From assembly GCA_051942205.1 (NCBI GenBank), contig JAVECO010000040.1, forward strand, positions 62,001 to 126,000: a DNA stretch of 64,000 nucleotides, given 5' to 3'. Below are positions 1-12,534 of this stretch, piece by piece. The position numbers were made by a program, and so were the translations under genes. Each line of letters begins with the position of its first letter. The first letter of the stretch is position 1. The notes under the pieces were generated by a model. The model ran no database searches. It was not told the DNA's origin and was given only the letters and a program-made list of their open reading frames with translations. Origin of the DNA: Coniocarpon cinnabarinum. Taxonomy: Eukaryota.

Positions 1-248
1 TGTAGAGGACGTGGAAAAATGATGTGCTGAATCGTATGCATGTTCTCCAGCGCATGATAGGCAAACTGCTCGCAGGGTTTGTGCACCTGCATGGGCGAGG
101 CGTATTTGTAGCGCGTTTAAATCATCCGCCTCACATCAAACATATTTAGGGCTTGGGCAACCTCTTTGTGTAGCAAGCGCTTGGGTCGTTGAACATTTCG
201 ATCGCTGAGTTCGCTGTCTTTTGTAAACACTTCTGGTGCGTACGTAAA

Positions 249-1723
249 ATGTCTAGCGAGTCCACTTTCTCCTTTCAGTACGTCTACAAAGACGAAGTGA
301 TAACGTTGGGGTCTCTGTTGCCGGCGGCTTGTATCATAGTGGTCGCGCTGCGATTCTATACGCGGCACATACAGAAAGCTCTGATTGGAGTTGATGACTG
401 GCTGGCTTTATGTGGACTTGTAAGTTCTGCATCAGCTAAAGTGTGATGAACTGAGGACACCCATCATTGCTGACCCATTCAACAGATTCCTGTGGCTGGC
501 ATGGGTGCGTGCCTTATCGCAGGTAAGGAAATCGACAACTTGGAGAGCCTAGAAACTGTACTCAAGTGTACTCAGGCGCAAAGTTGAAGGCTATGGGGTA
601 TTCGACGCCTTCACCGCCGCAGACCCTGTCTGAGGACCAGCTAGAATTCTATGAAGACCCATCAACGCGGCTGAATCAGATCGTCGGTGCTTTTTCTTTC
701 CCCAAATGCATGTTTTGTAGCTAATTGAGCCAGATTGAATTTCCCTATCAACTCATGCTGATGCTCTCTTACTGCTTCATAAAGTTGAGCATTGTATACT
801 TCTACCGCCGCATCTTCGTGACACATAGCAAATCTGGCATAGATGTTCTGCTGAAGATCGCCATTGCAACAATCGTGCTATGGACCATCACCTTCGAGCT
901 GTTGATCATATTCGATTGCCGTGGCCACATATCATCCAATTGGGCCTCGTCAGGCGAGGAAGCAGCAAATTGCCCTGTGGGCTTCACCAGCGAGTATGGC
1001 CTGGCTATTTCCGATCTGATTCTCGACGTCTTCATATTCCTGATCCCCCTACCTCTGGTAAGCTTGTTATCCCCAGATCAAAGTAGAACAATACTGATCT
1101 CATTGTCAAAGACTTTGAGGCTGCAGCTGTCGATCAAGTGCAAATTCGCTGTTTGCGGTATCTTCTTACTCGGGGCGAGCGCCGTAGGGGCTTCTGTCGC
1201 TCAGCTCATTCTCTATGTCCAGGTGCTCAAAGCGGCGACGACAAATACTGTTGTGGACCCGAATCGTAAGTAGGGGCCCAATGACATTCGAAGCATGATC
1301 TTGACCGAGCGATGCGCAGTTGCAAACACTGTCGGCTTCTATTGGTCCCTTTTAGAGGCGGGACTGTCCCTCATAGCTTCTTGTTTGCCACCTATTGCTT
1401 ATCTCTTTACGCATCGATCTGAGTATAATATCCTAACCAGCCTCCGCGGTGCACTCACGAGCAGCTCCAGCTGGTCTCTACGTCGCACGCAGAAGTCCGA
1501 CGCTCAAAGTCAGAGTGAGAATCTGAGGGGCCGTGCTGTGAGTTCCTGATTCAAAATGATTCACGTCTAACCCCACCCGCGGAGCCGCTGACTAAAGACT
1601 TAGTCGATGAAATCCGGGTCCGAAATAACACGCACCACATGCGTTGACGTTGAGCATTACGACTTGAACGATCTGGAGCGTGATGTCACTCCAATGCCAT
1701 CTGGTGTATCACATGCTCAATAG
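249..1723 (+). CDS. PTH11-like / fungal rhodopsin-domain integral membrane protein (about 7 exons)
   Basis: ATG at 249. Motifs ALRFYTR..IGVDDWL, IKLSIVYFYRRIF, DLILDVFIFLIPLP and FYWSLLEAGLSLIASCLP are typical of PTH11-like GPCR-type proteins. GT..AG introns join the ORF pieces. The last intron (gtgagt about 1538, gctgac branch, ttag 1603) leads to a final exon SMKSGSEI...SHAQ with TAG at 1721-1723. Confidence 0.85.
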
Positions 1724-2198
1724 TGTCGACATACGATACGATTCGAGTTCAAATGTGATGTTGACCTGCAGGGTCTGGATTTCCGTCACCCGGATCTAAT
1801 CCCCTCACGAATCTTCTTGATCCATTGAGAGCTAGCGGTTGAGATTCGGACAATATGGTAGTAGGTGCAAAATGGGAGAAAAAGATGGAAACGATTTCGC
1901 CATGGGCGTATGAGACGCGCACAGCTGTCACGGACCAGGCAAGCCAAGACACGAATCTTCGTTCACGTACCAGCTGCAAAGAACTTCACAAGTTTGACAG
2001 CGAGAGCGTGTCGAAAGTTGAGGCTACTGCGGGTATGCTCGGTGCTTGAGGGTTTGCGCAGCCTTGCTTTCTCAAGACCATGTTGGCCGGGATTGTCAAA
2101 GCAGTCTATGTTGTTGGGATATTCTTCCAAGCGTACACGCATGCCTATAGAGCTAGAACAATCAATCCGATCTACAAGTGAACATGATCAGGGTAAAG

Positions 2199-4282
2199 CT
2201 AATCACTGTCGACGATAAGAAAATGCCGTGCCTGCATGCCAGCGCTACTAGCGGCGATGCTGTTCATAAGACTCAACGCCGGAACTGTCGATGTAGCATT
2301 CTTTGCAGTGCTCGGTGCGACATACCCGGCGGCCCTAGTCGCCGCCTCCGGAGACGCTGTGCTTATAACGTCCTCAAACAATTGTCCTTTCTTCGCCATT
2401 GAGACTCTGTGCCCGCTACGCGTCGCAACAGCACCAGGCGTAAGCGTCACGCTGCTGATCACGTCTTCCAAGATCGTCTTGCCAACTGCACCCGTGATAG
2501 TTTTCTAATGTACCTCAAAAGCATGACGGCCAGAGCCGTCCGTAAAAATAAGTTCATGGGCCATGTGAGTAGAGGAGGCTGCAGTGGGGAGATCAAGCGT
2601 CGTGCCGTCTACTTCTAGCACTCCTTCCTGCGGCATGGAAGCCATGTGACCGCTTACTAAAGCTGAGCTGCCGCCAGCAATGAGTGTAAATCCGTCCACG
2701 ATGTCCCACAAGATTCTCCGACCGTCACTGCCTGCATGACTGTTGGTTTGTATTGGAATTTCTTACAACGTTCCCGTGGTCATGTAAGGTATCCCGCTCA
2801 TAGCGACAGTAGATAAGCCATCCATGAGCTATTCTAGGATCTGACCTCCTAGGTACGGTGATGAGGAGAAAGTCACCGTGGTGAGGATCAGCTGCAGACA
2901 CATGGCAATCGCACCGTCAGCGTGTAGGGTTCAATTTCTGTCTACTGAAAAGGCATGCCCTGGTATCGTGACTGACGAGCCGTTTGAGGCAACAGTGAGT
3001 CCTGCAACGATGGCCATCCAAGTCGTAGCGCCGTCACAACCCACCTTGAAGGTGGGCGTTGCGACCATTGTTTAAGGTGCATTTCATAGACCTCGAGCAG
3101 GCCCAAACACCTCGTGTGAGTCCTGTTGGCGCAGCGATTTGTGCAACCCTTTGCGCAACAATGCCATCAGGATGCTGTGCACTTTCAGACTCGTGCTGAG
3201 GGAGAGTAGATATCGTCGCCGTGATTGTGGTGCCATCTGGTCGCACAGCTACAATGTCCTTGTTGGTAGGAAAGCTGGTAGTGGCATGATCCACTTGTAC
3301 AAGACTTGCTCCTCGAGTGGCCTTAGCACCTGCAACGGAAGCCACAGATGCACCATTGGCATCCTATTCCACCACAGTGGTCACTGCATAAAGATGCCGG
3401 GTTAAGTGAAAGGACAGCACCAAGGCTACCGAGAGGTGCATCAGTAGCTTCTGTAGTAGTATTGGAATTAGAATCCTGACCTGCACTGCTTGGCTAATCA
3501 TTAGCAGGACCTGACCGCTTGCGCAGCTACCTCTTGAGCCACGGGAGATTTTTGGGCATTCCTGGAGGGCCATCAAAGCTTCCACTTCCGTCTGAGGCCG
3601 CGCTAGCTTCTTCATTGCCATGGGCACGACGCCGGGACCGGCGTTACCTTGAGAATGGCCAGGTTCGCGGCCATTAGTGTCATGATAGACTACAGACTTG
3701 GGATTGCCAACACCCTTAGGATTGGAATTCCCATCAGATGACGATGCAGAGTCTGGACTGGGGTTGGGAAGAAGACAGACCCCATGCTCGCTGGAGGATA
3801 TGTGTTGCTTTGAGGATCATGATCTGCGTTACCAGTAGGACTTGGTGGCACAATACTAGAGTGAGCACAGCCCTGGGAGAGGCTGTCCGTGTATGCACTA
3901 TTCATTGAAAATTTTCACGTTGCCGGATGCTCGAACCCTACCGCTAGGACGCTGCTGATACCGTTGCACGCAGGTCAGACAGTAGCAGAATCAGAAATTT
4001 CAGTTTCGGGCTCCTTGTTGGATCTATTCTATGAGGACCGAAGGTTGCATAGAACAAAAGATTCTAGAGATACTGCAATGATTGCGTTGTGCTTGGCAAC
4101 ACTGCCGGGGGAGATGAATGACCTGGAAAACGCAGGTAAGAACAGACCCAGAATGCCATGGTCGGCTGCAGGGTGTCGAGCAGAACATTGGCGTCAGCTT
4201 TCAAGGGAGGGCGACTTCCACGAGATGTCAGCACTATGCACGGATGGGGAGATAGGTACCACCTCATGCGTTCCATTGGCAC
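2199..4282 (-). pseudogene. Decayed mucin-like / cell-surface repeat protein
   Basis: One minus-strand frame from about 3040 to 2199 is Thr/Ser/Gly-rich and carries three degenerate repeats (GLTVASNGSSVTIPGHAFS; GFTLIAGGSSALVSGHMAS; SVTLTPGAVATRSGHRVS). It is interrupted by in-frame stops at 2931-2933, 2829-2831, 2763-2765 and 2505-2507. Upstream Pro/Thr-rich fragments probably belong to the same gene. Boundaries are approximate. Confidence 0.55.
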
Positions 4283-4631
4283 TGGGTATACAGCGGCTCG
4301 AATAGAGTCTCTGAGCCGCGTCTCAACTCGTCATCCACTTGTGATACTTGCTGAACATGGCCTATTGGTGATGAAAGCATGAATCTGTACTTCCAATGTG
4401 CAATGGACGGCGGGATATAGAATGGTGGACCGAGGCAACATCCATAGATGTCACGTGGGAGAAGCAAGCACGGACCACCTTATATTGCTAAAGTTAGATA
4501 GCGTCACGTGGCCTGGCCAATGGCTTAAGATGTAGAGAAACACAGTAGTTAACAGGTCATAAACAACAAAACGTGCCTCCATGGATGCGACTTTTTCACT
4601 TGCAAAGCCCTGCTCAACCATTGCCCAAGGT

Positions 4632-6077
4632 CTATATTTTCTTCGCCTCAATGACAGCCTGTCGATCTTCCGAGCTCCGCCACACCTGGGCTATGCGCAG
4701 CCCGACGGAGCTGAGAAGGTGGTCCCACTCTAGCCTCGTTCGCTCCTTACCATTGGCCACCAGTAACATCATTATGTCCTCAGTAGCTGCCAGCAGAGGT
4801 GCATCCGTGTCTTTTAGTACCCAGTCGTCAAGGAGCAATGTCGAAATCTCTTTATCCATAGCAGCGACCGTATTGGCAAGCAGCTGCTTGCACCGCTCGT
4901 CCGACCAATCATGGATAATGTTGCGCATGTAGTAGAAGCGCGCCCCTACATCAGTGTTATTTCAAATCTTAGCGAATTCTGAGAGAAGCTTCGCTAACCT
5001 TTGATGGGCTGAGGCGTGAAGAAGTCATACTCCATCTTCTCGACGCGTCCCAGTGAGCCGTCCTTTATGATGTTCAAGGTTTCGGGCAAATCCTGCAGTA
5101 TCAAACGCCCTGATAAATGAGCAAATCGATCTGCGAAGCTCGTAATATCATGGCCAGTGTTTCCAGCAATGTCAACAAGCAGCACGTCACTGGACGACAA
5201 ACTCGCCCCTTGCAGCTTCTGGTCAACAGGAAAAGCATCAAACCAGTGATCCTGGACGATAGCTCGACGCCCTGACATGTACTCATCGTAGACTACCTTT
5301 GAGCGAGGGTCACGTCTCATGGCTTCCCATAGAGGCATACCCAAGGCAAACTCTGAGACACCCTTTTGGCCAGGGCCTGGGAATTCTAGGAACTCGCATG
5401 TCTCCATGTACTCGTTTATCTTGCTGCCGATGGGAAACATGAGTCCATCTCTGTACAGTGTGAGCTCTGTTCGCACGAAATTAGATATTTCAATGTCCAC
5501 ACACATGCAGTGGATCCCAGATACTTGAGGCGATGTCGTAAGCGCCTCTAAGATCGAGTTCGTCTGGTAAGTGGCAGGGCCGACCTCCTTGCCAATCCCA
5601 ATCGAGGTCATGAGTCTCATGATTCGCCCTTTGCCGCTCGTTAATACGTGGTAGACTATTCTTAGTACTTCGTAAAGCCAACACACAGATAACCGACTCG
5701 CTATACTTCACACGCTTAGAGAGATCCGCGCAGCTGACACCTTGCCGGCCACCGTCTGCAATGCTCTTGAACAGGCCAGTCTGAATGCCCATCATTATGC
5801 AAATGTTTTGGATGGGCTATTTCTTTCAGCATTTCGCCGTCTACGTTCGCCTGCGAATGGTGCAAAGCACTTGTCGTGGGAGGGCTCTGGCACGAACCTG
5901 GTTTCGCACCTCCTGGAGGTACTCATGAGGCGTATCGGCTGCTATACGCAGTCTTTGCGCAGCGCTCACTAGCCTATCTCTCTCGCTGAGTCCAACTGTA
6001 GCCCCAGCTGGGATTGCTGCCGCTGCCCTTCGCACCTCCTCAATCAATGGCTCGAGCTCGTCTAGTTTTGAAGCCAT
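4632..6077 (-). CDS. SAM-dependent O-methyltransferase (class II, secondary-metabolism type), multi-exon
   Basis: Motifs LLVDIAGNTGHD (SAM-binding), LILQDLPE, YDFFTPQPIKG|ARFYYMRNIIHDWSD (catalytic HDW) and GKERT. ORF fragments are joined by canonical introns. Confidence 0.92.
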
Positions 6078-6998
6078 CGTTGCAAGTTCTGCGTACCTAG
6101 CAAATGCTAGACAGAAAAGGTAGGATGTCCGCCATGTTAAAGAATGCAGAACTGTCTTGTCTTATACTAGATACTAGACGGCGCACGGGACTAGTATATA
6201 TAGCGCATCCATTGTTGGCGATCTTGAGCCGGTCTAGGCGCTACCTTATTCACTATCCACGTTGGGATATCGGTAGTATTCCCTAAGAGGGGCACAGCCT
6301 CCTCATGAGCTGCTATAGAACTGATCGCCAACATCTCGAGCATTCATCAAATAGTTCTCAATACTTAAACCCTTCAACATTAACTAAAGTAAGAGCGAAA
6401 CACTATGTCACATTTTAATCCCTACTTCTACGTTACCCCTGCTTGGAATGGGCTTTTGAGGCCCGGATGGCATGGAACAGCTGCATTCGATGCAAATCTT
6501 GCCTGTCCCGCCGTGGCGTAACGGCAGTCGGCGACACCGTAGGCATGATTGACGCACAAGCTAGTCACTGGCGCATGAGTAATTCGGAAAAAAAAGCCTG
6601 GAGGGGTTGGGTCGTTTAAGGTTGAACTAGCGTTGGAGGAGCGCAGTGCAATGATCCGAATTTTTAAAGCATGTCACCCATTCACTCAAAGTCAAACTTT
6701 TAGTCGCGGTAGCATAGAGGGGAAGGATTTGCCAGCGACTCTGTCGTTCATTGCACGCTTTATGTCACCCACCTGTCTTCGTCACGCCTGTACGTCCCAA
6801 ATCTTACCCTGCCGAACGATATCGGCAACCGGGCTGCTGCTCAAATTACAGGCTCCTCATCAGGTCATGTAATGTGTCAAATTCTTGCCCAGATACTGTA
6901 TATCTGCACTTTGGCATACACCGCACTTAGCTGTCAACTTTTAATGCGCCTATATGCGTCGCTTACCACAGGACTGAATGTTGCCACGAGCAGCCCTT

Positions 6999-8107
6999 TT
7001 ACACGTCAAGGCCCAATCTCTCCTTCACGGTTTCTATGTCAATATCCTCCATTTGTTCCAACGCTTCCACCAGCGTCTTCCACATCTCTGTCCTGATCTT
7101 CGCCCTCGTTTCGACCCGCCGTCTCCAATATGTCTCTCGCTTCTTCAATAGAAGTTCTTCCTCCTTCGTCATTGCATTCAGAGGCCCTTCATCGTTTCCA
7201 TGACTCTTCTTCAATTGATAAAGACGCGTTTCTAGCTGCTCATGATCGGACACGAGGTTACCAATGGCGGCATGAAGTTCGGTCGTCGGCATGGAAGTCG
7301 ATATCAAGGAGCTCAGCTGCGTCTTCAGATTCTTGAGGGTAGTCTGAAGCTGCACTGTCTCTGTTTGAAGGGCAGTTGCTTGTTTCTCGAGCTCAGCGGG
7401 ATCGGCATCGTTCGCGTTTTGCGGGTCGGGCTGGAGTATTAGTCCTGTCAGCAGGCGTGCTGGATGGCTTTTGGGTCTTTCAGAAGTGCACACACTTGGA
7501 GCGCGTGATAGACCAGCTGCTTCCCTGACGCTCGACCCTCGATAAGTTTGCGCTCGTGGAGGTCCCTGAGATGTTTTGTCGCGGCCGCTATAGGATGACT
7601 ATGTAAGTGAGGATGTAAATGGCTATGAGAATTGTTCGCGCTTGCTTAGAGGCCACGAATATGTGCGAACCTTTGGTCACTTTGTTGTGGAGGTTGGCAG
7701 AGACATCGGCAGCCTTGTAATGTCAACGATAGCACCAGTGGACGAGACGAAGTGCGCAAACTGAGTATGGACGACTGTGGCAGCCAGATGGTGAGTCAGC
7801 TTCAGATTGAAGTAAGGCATACGCTGTTGGTGTGGGTGAATGAAGGCGTGGCAAGAGCTGTACTTTGGATTTTGGTGATTGTACACAGCTTACTTTTGTT
7901 TGCCTACGATGACCCCAGCGTCAGCTCTGACAAGTGGATAAGAATGATCCGCCGTGATTGCGACGCACGCAGATACTCAAAGACCATGTCCGATGCTACA
8001 ACGAGCTCGCATGTTAGTCGGTCACAACCCCAGTTACAAAAGACTCAGAGAGTTGACGTGCCATCTTCAGCCGTCTTTTTCTCGGACTTGTCCTTCCGAG
8101 GTGCCAT
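6999..8107 (-). CDS. hop2: Homologous-pairing protein Hop2 (TBPIP)
   Basis: Spliced reconstruction MAPRKDKSEKKTAEDASDMVFEYLRKQNRPYSAADVSANLHNKVTK..KHLRDLHERKLIEGRASGKQLVYHALQ matches the Hop2 winged-helix N-terminus, followed by a coiled coil. Exons include 8107-8062, 7995-7969, 7903-7894 and 7774-7762. Confidence 0.9.
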
Positions 8108-8510
8108 CCTTTTGCCTTGGATGCAAAGACAATGAAATGCTTATGTCGACGTACGCCTCTAGGTATATGTTGATAGATGGAGCATGTGAGGGCTGTGAGA
8201 AGGCGAGAAGCGCACATCTACATGGAAGTGTGCAAGTCAGTGATGACGCTGACGAAAAAGCGGTGAAGGACTTCTGCGGTGCTTCGTTTTTCAGGACTGA
8301 TTCAACAGCTCGGGAAGCATCTAACTTCGATGCCAGCCCATAACTGTGCACGTTCGCTTGTTTGCGCTCAACTTTTCAGTTTCTTCGTCGCCGACGCGAA
8401 ATCGCTCGCCATGCTTCTCATGGCTAACCACCGCGGGGTATCACACAACACCGAACCATCATTATCATCATTGTTCTTCGCATATAAGTCCCCGCTTTGC
8501 TCCTGGAACA

Positions 8511-11280
8511 TTACATCATTACCTACTACATGTCAGTATCCCTATGCTATAGCCATGAACTAAGCACATCAAAACTTACACATTCCCCTTCTGACTTTGC
8601 AGGAGGCAGCCCCATTTGTTCGAATGTCTTTGGCCCCGTTCCTGACGGTCGCGATTGCATAGGCGGCCGATTTGCACCAGTCTTCTGACCGGGCGCTGGG
8701 GATGATGGGCCTGGGTGATTTGAAGGTGGTGGAGTCCGCCCCTGAGCCCGCGAAGGAGCCGCACTGTGTGATGAGCCGGGCCGAGATGGGGGCCTTGCCC
8801 CGGTCGCTTGATTAGACTGAGGGCGCAGCATGCCAGGTGCGGATGGACCAGGAGTTCCAGTCATGGGTGGCTGAGATGGACGATTATCAAAGCTTGGTCG
8901 CGAGCCTGGTGCGGGCGAGGGTCGTCCTGCTTGCCCGGGGCGCTGAGGTTGAGGTGCGTATGGCGGCTGCACGTTCGGTCGTGCTTGTCCCTGTGGTGGT
9001 AGACCCGGATGCATGGGTTCTTTTGGGGGTCGTGGTGGATAAGCTCCCCCTTGGGGCGGAGGGGTGCCGGTGCCAGCTACGTTGGGCATTGAGCTCATGC
9101 GAGATGGAGCTTGATTGCCGTAATGGCGACCCGAACTCATGTCCATCGCGCTCTGAGGTTGTCTCAGTGGTGGCGGTGGGCCATGGCCGTACGGTCCACC
9201 AGGACCAGGTGAGCTATATTCGGGACGAGGAGGCACTGGCGAGCCCATGCCAGCATGAGTGCCCAGAGGACTTGGAGCCGGAACAGGTCGTTGACCTAGT
9301 GCAGGACCATACCCGCCATTTGGTGGAGGAGGCGAACCGTGGCTGCTGTTCGGAGGAGGTACATTGCCAGGCATGGAGACCCGACTGCTTGCGTAGGCTG
9401 CTGCATGTGCTTGTCCCGAATCGTCCGTCGGATATGGAGCTGCTGAGGTAGTCCGTGGAGGAGGCGTTGCACGTCCGTACTCGTCCTGAATGGGAGGCAG
9501 CTGCTGTGCTGCTCGTTGTTTTAATCTCGGCGGCCGGTTGCCTCTCTGCGAACCGTGGACTGATTTGATGCGAGAGACTGCGATATTGTTGTGGTCTTGC
9601 ATGGAGAGCGCGCCCGTGCTGTTGAGCCGTCTGAGACCGTCTCCCGCTTCTTTGCTGCCATCCTTTGCCGCTTTGTCATACCAAGCTCTAGCATTTTCAA
9701 TGTCCTTATTTACAAACCAGCCGATCTCGTGAAAGTAGCCCATTGCAAACTCTGCGGCTGGCAGACCACTCAATGCTGCCCGCTGAGCGTACTTATAGGA
9801 TAGCTCATGACTGATTGAACATACGCCTTCATGTCCGATCATGAACCATTTGCTAAGAGCCATTTCCGCTTCAGGTTCTCCTTGACGTGCTGCTAAGGCA
9901 TTGTAGTGGATCGAGAGTAGTGGGTTAAATTCGCAGTGGAGCGATGCCACTTCATAAGCCGATCCCATCTTGAGTTGCGCCTTGCAGAAGCCAAGGAGCG
10001 CCGATTTTTCAATGTAATATCTCGCACTGTCAAGATTTTGCGGGAGCAAATGGTCGGGCACATCAAGCTGTGGCAGATCTTTGGCCTGAAGCATGCCGTA
10101 AACCTATGACAGCAATTAATTCCAAAATTCGCTTGTGGGACGCTTTACTGTGGGACTCACGTATGCACCTTGCGGCGCATTGTCATCGGCCGTATCAGCC
10201 GCATGCCTTATAAGCTGTATTGCATGCTGTTGATCCTGAGGTTGACCAAGTTGTCCCAATGCATACACCATGCCCATGCGCTGGGGAGAATATTAGACAG
10301 ATAGACGACAACGAGAAATTACACTCACATAGCAGCAAGCAGAGTCGCCTGCAGCTTCGCCGGTGCGGAAATGTTGCAGTGCTGTTCCCGGATTACCCGT
10401 TGCTTCAAATTGCATCCCCATCCGATATTCCGCACGCGGATAGTTTAGCTGGGCGGATTTGCTGAAACAATTGAATGCCTGCCGTTTATCCTCAGGAAAC
10501 CCAAATTTGCCGAACTCATACCACATGCCCTGCAAGAAAAGCGCTCGTGGATGGGATTGATTGGCCATGTGATTTACAATGCCAAGCGCATCTTGTTTAA
10601 GCTGTCTTTCTGCTGGGGGCGTGCTCGGCCGCGGTCTTTGAATTGGCGACAACCGGCGATCCTGCTCCGCCGAAACGTCGACATAATTCAAGGCGTCTGT
10701 TGCCCATCCAATTTGATCTTCGAAGTTGGAAGACCCCAAGATTGGCACGCGATCACGCTCCAACCGTTCCCCTCTTTCATCTGCAGATTCGGGCACATTG
10801 TCTGTGCGGAAGGGGAGCCGAGGAATGCCGGAGAAGTTCGGCTCTTGCTGGTTGGAGGATTGCGATTGTGATGCTGGCCGTGGCTGGGGAGTTGGAGCAC
10901 TGCCGGCGGAGGAGACGGTATACACGGACGGAGTGTAGGCAGATTGAGGACTTTGAGGACCCGGTCGGAAGCCTTGAGCTTGCGCTTCACTGTTGTTGAG
11001 GTCTAGCTGCGCAAGATTCGTCTGAATCTGATTAGGCATGCCGGGATTGACACTGTAATATTTATACATTAGCGGTGGCGCATCGGACTACGAAGGTCGT
11101 CAAAAGCCGTTCAAGGCGAGTAGAGGCCGAAGAGCGAGCTCTATAGAATAAAGAGTCAAAAGACGACTTGACGCACCGCTGAGGGGCTGGGGAGACGAGA
11201 TTGTTTTGGGGAGGCTGAGCGTAATAGTCGTCCCGACCTGGGACGTAGGTTGCTCTCATGTCGCTGCCGCGACCAGCCAT
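8511..11280 (-). CDS. chs4: Chitin synthase activator (Chs4/Skt5 family, SEL1 repeats, C-terminal CaaX)
   Basis: SEL1-like repeats (YPRAEYRMGMQFE; AEFAMGYFHEIG; ARAWYDKAAKDG), a Pro-rich tail, and an ending TFEQMGLPPAKSEGEC plus a terminal micro-exon VMM* (8522-8511) giving CVMM. Start at 11280 is the most plausible ATG. Confidence 0.85.
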
Positions 11281-12348
11281 TGTTGGGGGCGACGACCGCT
11301 ACGATTACCGAGCTGCCATATTCTGCCGCATTTGCAGCAAGATTGGTGCGACAAAGACTGCCGAGGGGGGTGTGAGGAGGGCAGAGAAGACGAGCGCATA
11401 AAACAGTACCACCGTCGTCTTGCGCAAAGCCCCCCTCTACGCACTCTGCTGCGCTTCAGGTTGGACGAAGGGGCTGTATATCATGCGCTAGTGCGCTTGT
11501 GGAAAGGTGCCACTGCTTTGGCCCCCAGAGTTCTCAGGAGATCAGGCTTGCACCGCCACACCGCCTCGTCCGTCGGGTCTTGCCCGTCGTGAGGACTGGT
11601 GTGTATCATTGCTAGAACTAGTACTTGCCAACGCTGTGACTGATAAGGGGAACGTCGTTGTTCGTGGATGCCAATGCAGTTTTGGACATTGGAGTACGTT
11701 AAGCACCACCCTCCCTGAAAGTCTCACGTCCAGCTGGCTTGCAAAATACTTCGACTCCTCCACAATCAACCAATTTATATTCAGTGCAGAGACTTGTGCG
11801 TTGCCGAGGTCGTTGTCTCCCGCAAGATTCTGTGTTGATTCAGTTGCAGGAAGGTGTGCACTGCGACGAAGGTAGATCCAAGAGGCATGAGAGCAGGATA
11901 GCTGAATGCATGTCACGCAACGGACCGAAAGCAATTCGCATCATGGGTCCCCCTTTTTGTTTTGCTCATGAATGCTTGTGCCTTGCTCGATCCTTGCTGA
12001 CAACCAAAAATGCATTTGCCAAACAGGGTAGTCTCAATCAGTAGGTGCTTGCAGAACTTGTCTCTGCAAGACCGAATTCCGATCATGATTACGGCAACAT
12101 CACCGTCATCATTTCCATGACCATCGCGAGATGCATTCCTGCAGGAGACAGATTCGATTCGCTTGGAGCAGGACGGTGCTGGCAACTATTGTGTGTTGAG
12201 GCGGTACGCTCGCTAGATTCCCGTCACACTTGAAGCGGGTTTGATCTGATGAGGCTACAAGCAGGCCAAGACTAGCAATGCTCTTTCTGATGCTCTTGAA
12301 TTAACCGTCAATGCAAGATTGAAGTGGCAGGAGGATCACGTGGATAGG

Positions 12349-12372
12349 ACGCGTCCGAGACTTGAGACGCGT
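12349..12372. promoter_or_regulatory. Paired MCB (ACGCGT) elements upstream of pcp1
   Basis: ACGCGT at 12349-12354 and 12367-12372, about 165-185 bp upstream of the ATG at 12535. Confidence 0.55.
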
Positions 12373-12534
12373 CGCGGGGGAATATTCCGCACAAAATCTT
12401 GGCAGACTGACTCTGTTTACGGTGCAACCAGTGTAAACATGAGACTCGCATCCCTATACATTTTCATAGCATCTTCATCCCGCCTTTGAATCTGCGCCCG
12501 TGCGGCTTTTGGAAGCTGAGAAAGTGCAACAATT

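Noticed and set aside
8837..9451. 204-aa plus-strand ORF
   Set aside because: Antisense shadow of the Pro/Gly-rich exon of the chitin synthase activator.
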